From: a virus
Length of the DNA: 64,000 nt
Reading direction: 5' to 3' (one strand)
Virus record (IMG/VR): IMGVR_UViG_3300018915_000002
Shown in pieces: positions 57,598 through 64,000 of this stretch. The translations under genes were made by a program, and so were the position numbers. Every line of letters starts with the position of its first letter. The first letter of the stretch is position 1. The notes beneath the pieces are model-generated. The model was not told the origin of the DNA. It ran no database searches and worked only from the letters and a program-made list of their open reading frames with translations.

Positions 57598-58210
57598 TCA
57601 ACCCGCTCCTCATGATGTTGTCCTTGGTGGGCATCAAAAGCAAAAGATTGAATATTCTTTACGAGATGATGTTGAGGCTGTACTGCGCCATTTAGAACAA
57701 GAAGATCGTCGAACAGACAATGAATTAGTTCGCGTTAAGCTTAACCACGAGCAGCGGATGATTGCATTATTAATGGAAAAAGGTTCCAAGAAGATGTTGG
57801 TTCCTTTGATTCAGTGGATAGACGCGCTGGAGGTAATGCAGCGCCAAAGGGAAGAACAATTGCAACAAGAGTGCGATCAGTTATTTAAAGAAAATCGCGC
57901 CCTCAAGGCGAAGCTGGCGGCTGTTCACTACGAATTGAGTGGGGAAAAGGAGATAGATCGCGATCGCCTACTAAGCCTTCTAGATACTGAATTTGGCGAC
58001 GAATTTAGGGATTTACTGGGCATCCTATGGCAGTCTGGGACAATCGCCAATTGGTATAGAACTGGAAGAAGAATCTCTGCGCCACGAGTACGGCACCTAG
58101 CCACTTTAATCGAGGAGTTCCAGTCAAAATACCCACACTTCTCCCGGAGCCGCGTCTATCGAGAGGTTCGTGGAGAGTCGTTATATGATTCATCGCTTGA
58201 AGATGACTAA
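57590..58210 (+). CDS. Coiled-coil hypothetical protein with N-terminal DVVLGG motif
   Basis: Coupled to ruvC. Confidence 0.65.
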   Translation: MVDQPAPHDVVLGGHQKQKIEYSLRDDVEAVLRHLEQEDRRTDNELVRVKLNHEQRMIALLMEKGSKKMLVPLIQWIDALEVMQRQREEQLQQECDQLFKENRALKAKLAAVHYELSGEKEIDRDRLLSLLDTEFGDEFRDLLGILWQSGTIANWYRTGRRISAPRVRHLATLIEEFQSKYPHFSRSRVYREVRGESLYDSSLEDD

Positions 58211-58650
58211 CCAATTACAACTTCGATTGCATCCTGTGCGGGCGGGATAGAAAACCCAAAACCTATCTGGTTCTCGTCTACCTTAAAAATTTCACACTCA
58301 ATCCTGTATCGGTGAGTTCCCACCAATTCCCACGCTGAGGCATCCACGTCAAGTGACTTTAACCCGTGGTTGACAATAATTTCTGTGTCCGTGCCATTGC
58401 CGATGCGTGTCCTAACTTTCCGAGGGGCGACAACCAGATTACCCGCGAACGGGAGGATGGCCTTGCTTCTTGCATCGAAGTAGTAGGGAACGATGCGATC
58501 GCTGCCTCGAACAAAAAAGACCCAACCGTCTCGCCTGAGGGCTTCACTGGTACTCAGTTCCGCAACGCTGGGCATCGTGTCATAGACTTCCCAGCGGTGC
58601 TGATCAACTATATTGAAGCGAACTTCAAGCGTGTTGGAGTAGCGAGGCAT
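58207..58650 (-). CDS. Structural protein with NHGL domain
   Basis: IIVNHGL...F..PPA....VVIG. Confidence 0.65.
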   Translation of the reverse strand: MPRYSNTLEVRFNIVDQHRWEVYDTMPSVAELSTSEALRRDGWVFFVRGSDRIVPYYFDARSKAILPFAGNLVVAPRKVRTRIGNGTDTEIIVNHGLKSLDVDASAWELVGTHRYRIECEIFKVDENQIGFGFSIPPAQDAIEVVIG

Positions 58651-58654
58651 TGGT

Positions 58655-58668
58655 CACGGAACTCCGTG
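58655..58668. repeat. Palindrome CACGGA-AC-TCCGTG
   Basis: Exact copy between the terminator at about 58676-58714 and the ATG at 58650. Confidence 0.95.
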
Positions 58669-58775
58669 GTAGAGCAAAAGCCCTCCGAGTGAATTAAATC
58701 ACCCGGAGGGCTTTGTGTGTTGTCTAGGGTATTTTACCTTATGAAGGGCAAAGTTAAGTCAAGCTTGACGGAAAA

Positions 58776-59429
58776 CTAAAGGCTCCAAGGCTCTATATTG
58801 TCTTCTACTGTTTCTGTCTTTCCACTTTCAAAAGTATATTTCAGTAACACAAAAGACCAGCCCGACTCTTGATTAATAAAGTTTTTCTTTCTTCTCATCA
58901 AATCTCGCGCTCCTTCTAAAGATTGGGCTGCTCCGATAAAATCGGTAGAATGCCCTTCCCATACACCTGAGTGTATGGTTAATGTTTCTTCCACTAATTC
59001 TTCTTGAGATAAGACGATATAGATCTCTTGGGATGCTATTTGAATCTCGCTGATGGCTTTACTTTCTTCTTCGTCAGGAATGGTTAGTTCTTCCATCACT
59101 TCTGGTCTATTCTTTTTCAACCAGTCTAGAGCGTGTTTTCCATCTACATAACACTCTAATCCACACTCATCTTTTTTAGCGTGAACGTAGTCAAATAGCG
59201 GCTTGAGTACGCCATCTTCGTAGTGAAAAGCAACATAATCACCTGGATAATTGCCACCCCAATCATAATTTATTAATGCTTGCAATTCTTCGGTGTCAGC
59301 CACCCTCATAAAGTCCACTGCGTCAAAGTTTATCTCTATGACGTGATCGTCCGAATGCGCTTCAGCAGGTATCAGGAAGTTTGTTTTTTCTTTGCCTTCG
59401 GAAGCTACTATTCCTAATTGTTCGTTCAT
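58776..59429 (-). CDS. Accessory hypothetical protein
   Basis: TGTTACAAT and AAGGCAAAGCC-ATG; own terminator. Confidence 0.7.
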   Translation of the reverse strand: MNEQLGIVASEGKEKTNFLIPAEAHSDDHVIEINFDAVDFMRVADTEELQALINYDWGGNYPGDYVAFHYEDGVLKPLFDYVHAKKDECGLECYVDGKHALDWLKKNRPEVMEELTIPDEEESKAISEIQIASQEIYIVLSQEELVEETLTIHSGVWEGHSTDFIGAAQSLEGARDLMRRKKNFINQESGWSFVLLKYTFESGKTETVEDNIEPWSL

Positions 59430-59499
59430 GGCTTTGCCTTAAATCAACTAAGACACTAATTGCGTCTGTAATCTTATTGTAACAAATTACCATAGAAAT

Positions 59500-62400
59500 T
59501 TAGTTGCAAAACACGCGACCAATGGTTGGTTCAGTGAACGAAATAACAATCGTATTCCTGTCGATATATCTCACATCCCCATAGGATTTATTCCCTTCTC
59601 CATCCACCGTATCCACATAAGTCACAGACGGATACTTGCCCAAATTATGATCAATTCGCACCTCTAGGCTTAGTGTCTCAATGGTATGGGGGAAGTGCTT
59701 ATCCCCTCCTTTGTCGCGAATCAAGTCACGTAGCGATCGCAGGATTTCGGTCAGGCTTTCAGGATCAACAGCAGGTTCAGAGGGTAGAGTTGTAATCACG
59801 GGTGTTGTTGGGATTAATCCAGACGTAGTGGGTAAGCCAGCCAGTTGCAGTAGCTCAGTCGTTAGATTTGGCAGAATTTCTTCTAGTAATACCTCCTCTT
59901 GTGGTGAACCTGCACCACTGGGTAACCTGAAGGGTACGTCAAAGACAAAGCCAATTCGTGCTTCATCGGGTGCATTCAGCTTGTAGTAGTAGTTCTGGTG
60001 CTGAATCAGTTTACCTGCAAGGGATAGTGATGCCGACTGGATGTAGGTGTCTTCCTTGGGTTGAAAGACAAACTCCAGGTACAAGTCCGTCATCTTCTCC
60101 TCGAACGAGAAGATCTGCGATCGCCTGACATCCTTCCCGACTGGAATCTTTTGCCCTTGCTTCTTCCAGAACATCGTTACAGGCTGCAAGATGTAATATT
60201 CCTCGGTAGTTTCTACCAAGAGCTTCCATTGCTCTCCATCGCTTGCTTGGGCAAGTAGCGGGTAGGCATCAAAGATTGAGAAATCCCCTTCCTGTATCTC
60301 TAGCTTGTACTGATTAACGTTTGTTGGGGTTAGACTGCTCCACCCTCCGAATACATTACAGAGATATCCGTCAATTTCAGGTGTAGCAGACAGTGTCTCT
60401 ACGGCGTTCCATTCCGATGTGTTGATACTGAGTGTCTCTATGGGGACAGCGACTTCTGTGATATCACCATCAAAACCAGAATCGTAGTAGTAAGGGTAGT
60501 TTTCGTAGCCATCGTTATAGGTAGCAACAAGAATGGGTTCTTCCAGCCCCATTTGAATGCGTGTCGTGGGGCTGATCCACACTCGTGGTGGATCATCCAC
60601 TCCCGCACTTAGCGTTTCTCCCGTTAGCGTTGGCTCAGGATCGAACTCATTGACTCCAAAATTGGCATCATCAAAGCCCTCGGTAATAGGATAGTTGCCC
60701 TGAGTCCTCGCCCTCTCAAACCCTTCAATGCTTCCAGCCTCAAAATCGATTGTGTCTGTTGCAGGACTAGATATTTCCTCTACTGGCTGAGTGACCGGTC
60801 TACTCACTGGAATACTAGGAGTAATAGGAGATGGCGAGAGGTCTTGGGTAATGGACGCATTCTCAAAGCCATTTAGAACAGGGTAGTTTCCCTGAACTTG
60901 TCCTCGTTCAAATTCAAGTAGGGGAACGCTTTGTTCCTCTTCTGTTTCTGTGATCACAGCCGCACTCTGGAAGTCACTAGAAGACAAGATAGGTGTAACT
61001 GGACTTTCTACTACAGCTTCGGCTACTTGAATTTGTTCAGGTCGGAAGACGGTCGCTGGTTTAAATCCAGGAACAGGAACACTTTGCTCCGCATATCCAG
61101 ACTCAAAGTTTGGTTCCGAGACATCTGTGGATTCTGATCTGAGGAAGCTTGCTTCTATCCAGTCCCCTTCCGGCACCTCTTCTGCTGAAGCATCATAGAA
61201 TCCCCCTGCATTAGGTCGTGGGATATAAATAGTCAGCGTTTCTTGGTATGTCTCTTCACTAGAAGTTACCTTTGGTGCGCCTTCTTCTTCATAAGGGACA
61301 AGTAACTGATTAGTTACAGAAGCAAGCGATCGTCCTAATGAGATGGTTAAGGTATCGGGACTGGAATCAAACTTAATTGGAATCCCTTCCAAACACCCTG
61401 TCCCTGGATGCTGCACCGTAATCGTCTCAGTAATTGTCCGTTCCTCCCAAGGTGAATACCAATAGGTTGGGGCAATTTCCGTATAGTAAGGGAGATCTTT
61501 CGTACTGATACTGAGTGTCTCCCCTTTTAAAGTGGGAACTGGTTCTAGGTTTACAGTTATTGAGAGGGATTCATGGTTTGCCCTCTCCCCAATTACCGTA
61601 CCCCACGGCTGCCCGTCCCACCATTCTGGGTCCCACATCCCCCATTCAATTTGGGATTTTACGGTTTCTATAGATGTGTAGGGATCTGCAACATCAAAAG
61701 ACCATAGAGTTCCGGCGTAAGCCCAGGTATTGGCAGGCAAATGCCAATCCTCCGTCGCCATGAGCTGACCCCATTGCATTCCATCAAACTCAAACTCGGT
61801 TACTGTCTGCTCTTCAACTGAGCGAGGAGTTTGGATTAGTGGTTGAATTGCAGGTTGCCGAATGCCTTGGAGCCAGCCAAATACAGTGGCAGTTGTTGTG
61901 ATTGGGAGGATTTCTAAATTAAGGTCGAAAATGTCTGGGAATATTCGATTCCACTCCGATTCCTGGAGGTAGAAGTGCATCCAGAGTTCGCGATCGCCCA
62001 TCCGTGAGCGATCTAGATAGATATCTGGCGGCTCTACATAGTTGAGTGTTTGAATGATTTCCCCGTCTTCAACCCTATCCTGCCAAGGCTCTCCAGGGGT
62101 GAGGCTACCTTCGTCCCCTGGTTCCACTAGCCCTCCCCACTCCCAAGCCCAATCCGCCTGGAGCGTAAAGTAGTCAGGTCGGTGGTGATTTCCCCAGTAG
62201 TTCCCCCACCCCAGTCGTTGTTTCTCTGGAAAGGTTTGATTTAGCGAAACATCATACGGGGTATTCCAACCGTGCCAATTGGGTGGCTCGTCGGTTGGAG
62301 TTGTCCCAAACGGGAGGTTGAGCAGTAAGCGTTTTTTATCCTCGAAGCGCAACCACATTGCGATCGCTTCTCGAATTCCCGCCTCACTTCCCTTGATTTG

Positions 62401-62709
62401 CCAGTATTTCCACGCCCGTTTAATTACATCAATTTTGGTAGCAATTGACCAAGTGGGTTTAAGTCCAACTCCGAGCCAATGACCGTCGAGAATTCCTAGT
62501 CCGACGAACTGCCCTAACCAGTCTAGATGCCCCCAACTCGCAGGATGATCCGGATCGTAGAAGTACTCCTGAAGCCGAATCTTGGAATAGATCTCATCTA
62601 GTTCTGGTTGGATGCCCCAGTCGCAAATATGCCGCAGCAATCCACGTTCCTCGTCCACCATCCGGGCGTAGATGGGGAGCATGTCATAGAGTCGTCGGGA
62701 ATAGGACAT
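59500..62709 (-). CDS. Baseplate wedge/tail protein I-like protein with long acidic extension
   Basis: LYDMLP..R..D, LDWLGQFVG, IKGSEAGIR (P2 gpI-like); C-terminal HNLGKYPSV. Confidence 0.75.
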   Translation of the reverse strand: MSYSRRLYDMLPIYARMVDEERGLLRHICDWGIQPELDEIYSKIRLQEYFYDPDHPASWGHLDWLGQFVGLGILDGHWLGVGLKPTWSIATKIDVIKRAWKYWQIKGSEAGIREAIAMWLRFEDKKRLLLNLPFGTTPTDEPPNWHGWNTPYDVSLNQTFPEKQRLGWGNYWGNHHRPDYFTLQADWAWEWGGLVEPGDEGSLTPGEPWQDRVEDGEIIQTLNYVEPPDIYLDRSRMGDRELWMHFYLQESEWNRIFPDIFDLNLEILPITTTATVFGWLQGIRQPAIQPLIQTPRSVEEQTVTEFEFDGMQWGQLMATEDWHLPANTWAYAGTLWSFDVADPYTSIETVKSQIEWGMWDPEWWDGQPWGTVIGERANHESLSITVNLEPVPTLKGETLSISTKDLPYYTEIAPTYWYSPWEERTITETITVQHPGTGCLEGIPIKFDSSPDTLTISLGRSLASVTNQLLVPYEEEGAPKVTSSEETYQETLTIYIPRPNAGGFYDASAEEVPEGDWIEASFLRSESTDVSEPNFESGYAEQSVPVPGFKPATVFRPEQIQVAEAVVESPVTPILSSSDFQSAAVITETEEEQSVPLLEFERGQVQGNYPVLNGFENASITQDLSPSPITPSIPVSRPVTQPVEEISSPATDTIDFEAGSIEGFERARTQGNYPITEGFDDANFGVNEFDPEPTLTGETLSAGVDDPPRVWISPTTRIQMGLEEPILVATYNDGYENYPYYYDSGFDGDITEVAVPIETLSINTSEWNAVETLSATPEIDGYLCNVFGGWSSLTPTNVNQYKLEIQEGDFSIFDAYPLLAQASDGEQWKLLVETTEEYYILQPVTMFWKKQGQKIPVGKDVRRSQIFSFEEKMTDLYLEFVFQPKEDTYIQSASLSLAGKLIQHQNYYYKLNAPDEARIGFVFDVPFRLPSGAGSPQEEVLLEEILPNLTTELLQLAGLPTTSGLIPTTPVITTLPSEPAVDPESLTEILRSLRDLIRDKGGDKHFPHTIETLSLEVRIDHNLGKYPSVTYVDTVDGEGNKSYGDVRYIDRNTIVISFTEPTIGRVFCN

Positions 62710-62764
62710 TAAACTAATTCGATTGCTACAATCGGTCTATCGTTTACTGGGAAGAAGTTGCCTC

Positions 62765-63118
62765 ATGACAAAGACAGTGGCAGTTTTTGCTTTCAAGGTT
62801 TGTGTTAAGTCAAATTTTCCTGAAAGGCTTGTCCCTCTGATCACAACAGCACTGCGTGGGGGTGAATCAATAACGTTTGTTGAGGTCGAAAACCTTTGTT
62901 TAGTGGCAAGAGGTCGCTTCATGACAGAGGTAGTGACGGCTTTTGTTTTCAAAGTCTGTGTTGAGTCTATTTCTCCCCAGCAAGTTGTCTCACATATTGC
63001 AGCAAGGCTACGAGATATTGAGTCGGTGACGTTTGTTGAGGTCGAAGAATTTCAAGAGCGGACAGGATTAATTTACTCTCAAACGGACAACGACATTAGC
63101 TACCACGGAACTCCGTGA
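62765..63118 (+). CDS. Hypothetical protein made of two tandem repeats
   Basis: F.FKVCV.S..P....ES.TFVEVE twice. Confidence 0.6.
   Translation: MTKTVAVFAFKVCVKSNFPERLVPLITTALRGGESITFVEVENLCLVARGRFMTEVVTAFVFKVCVESISPQQVVSHIAARLRDIESVTFVEVEEFQERTGLIYSQTDNDISYHGTP
63104..63117. repeat. Palindrome CACGGA-AC-TCCGTG
   Basis: Exact copy; overlaps a TGA stop at a convergent junction. Confidence 0.95.
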
Positions 63119-63119
63119 T

Positions 63120-63416
63120 CTAGTCGCTGATCTTCCAAAAGATTCGATTAAGGCTATTGGCAACGCGAACAGCTACGAATAAAGAGTTGAAGTACCCGTA
63201 AGGGAATTTGATTACTTTTCCGTTATGGTTTTCTTCCATGATTAATACCTCTAATACTAGGAGTATGGCTCTTTTGTGGATTTCCACACTAAAATTCATG
63301 CGCTGAACTATTTTCTTTTCTAGTGTTTGACTTAAAATATCGAATGGGCAATGCTCCGGATGTTTAGCTACACCCAATTCAATTAATAAATCAATAAACG
63401 TTTTCTGCTTTTCCAT
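63120..63416 (-). CDS. Hypothetical protein
   Basis: 98-aa AT-rich ORF. Confidence 0.5.
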   Translation of the reverse strand: MEKQKTFIDLLIELGVAKHPEHCPFDILSQTLEKKIVQRMNFSVEIHKRAILLVLEVLIMEENHNGKVIKFPYGYFNSLFVAVRVANSLNRIFWKISD

Positions 63417-63496
63417 AAGACACTCTAACTAAAAAAAACCACTGAGGAATGCCCCTCAATGGGTTTTATTGGTTGTAGTAAAAAAGCGATGACTTC

Positions 63497-63697
63497 TTAG
63501 TCTGGGATTTCGCTTGCGTTGATCAACGCAAGTAGAAACTCAACGTCAGCAAATAGGCGACCTGGATCGCGATCGCCTTCTTCTGGCTCTCCGTTATTAA
63601 TTCTCGCGGCTCGTTTTTTAACCGACGAGAGTTGTGATTTCTCATTGACTGTTAGAAATCGCCTCTGTATTGCGATCGGGGTTACTGTATTTTTCAT
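63497..63697 (-). CDS. Hypothetical protein
   Basis: 66 aa, followed by a hairpin at about 63433-63467. Confidence 0.5.
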   Translation of the reverse strand: MKNTVTPIAIQRRFLTVNEKSQLSSVKKRAARINNGEPEEGDRDPGRLFADVEFLLALINASEIPD

Positions 63698-63699
63698 GT

Positions 63700-63918
63700 C
63701 TATAATAAATCCGACAATTTGTCGGTCATTGAATTCAATAATCCATCAGTTCGTTGTGCTATATCATCGCCAAAGCCATTAGGAGGCAAAGTTATTGATC
63801 TTGAGAAGTGAGGTGGCGAGTTCTGCTGCTTTATCTCTGTGGTATTCAGGAACGCCGCAAGTTCCTCTTCGTCAAAGAACAAACGAAAAGGAGCGTCATG
63901 CGGAACCTCTCCGGGCAT
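63700..63918 (-). CDS. Hypothetical protein (start uncertain)
   Basis: Adjacent to 63697 on the same strand. Confidence 0.45.
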   Translation of the reverse strand: MPGEVPHDAPFRLFFDEEELAAFLNTTEIKQQNSPPHFSRSITLPPNGFGDDIAQRTDGLLNSMTDKLSDLL

Positions 63919-64000
63919 TGACAGACAATCTCGCTGATAAAATCTCAGCCCAAGTATTTCGACTGCTTCTATTCCTCCTGGATGCCTCTCGTCAAGAAGT

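Larger units (their letters stand above)
766..63575. repeat. Dispersed HIP1 octamer GCGATCGC
   Basis: Roughly 70 copies by eye, against about 1 expected by chance. Confidence 0.95.

Noticed and set aside
13068-62709. Type VI secretion or eCIS locus
   Set aside because: No TssJLM, ClpV or compact Afp-like operon. Neck-like, lysis, recombination and regulatory phage genes favour a phage, although no capsid gene is in the window.
107-63117. Palindrome copies as a CRISPR array, REP/BIME or MITE
   Set aside because: Copies are 14 bp, kilobases apart, with unrelated flanks, no regular spacers, no target duplications and no cas genes.
93-63782. Many 60-160 aa ORFs antisense to or nested in long genes (e.g. 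14759..15154, 17715..18110, 54570..55043)
   Set aside because: Shadow frames of well-supported genes, with no start signals or recognisable motifs.

Overview
This 64 kb window looks like part of a large temperate phage or phage-plasmid of a cyanobacterium. The HIP1 octamer GCGATCGC is abundant. Contractile-tail, baseplate and tail-fibre genes are scattered on both strands among lysis genes, a ParM-like actin, a sigma-70 factor, a repressor-like switch, RuvC, a C5 DNA methyltransferase, an ethylene-receptor-like histidine kinase, a WYL regulator and two TnpB elements. No capsid, terminase, integrase, rRNA, tRNA or CRISPR array was recognised. The most striking unexplained feature is a 14-bp palindrome, CACGGA-NN-TCCGTG, with 20 exact and 3 near-exact copies found by eye. 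Copies recur about every 3 kb and never more than about 6 kb apart. They sit at gene 3' ends, avoid divergent promoter regions, and the central dinucleotide is biased by strand rather than by transcription direction. Accessory genes also share a TGTTACAAT extended -10 and an AAAGCAAAA start-associated leader, giving a repeated promoter-leader-ORF-palindrome-terminator layout. A chain of tail-fibre genes shows matched C-terminal DGGxF and N-terminal IQxKR modules. All counts are by eye and all protein calls come from motifs; no database search was run.
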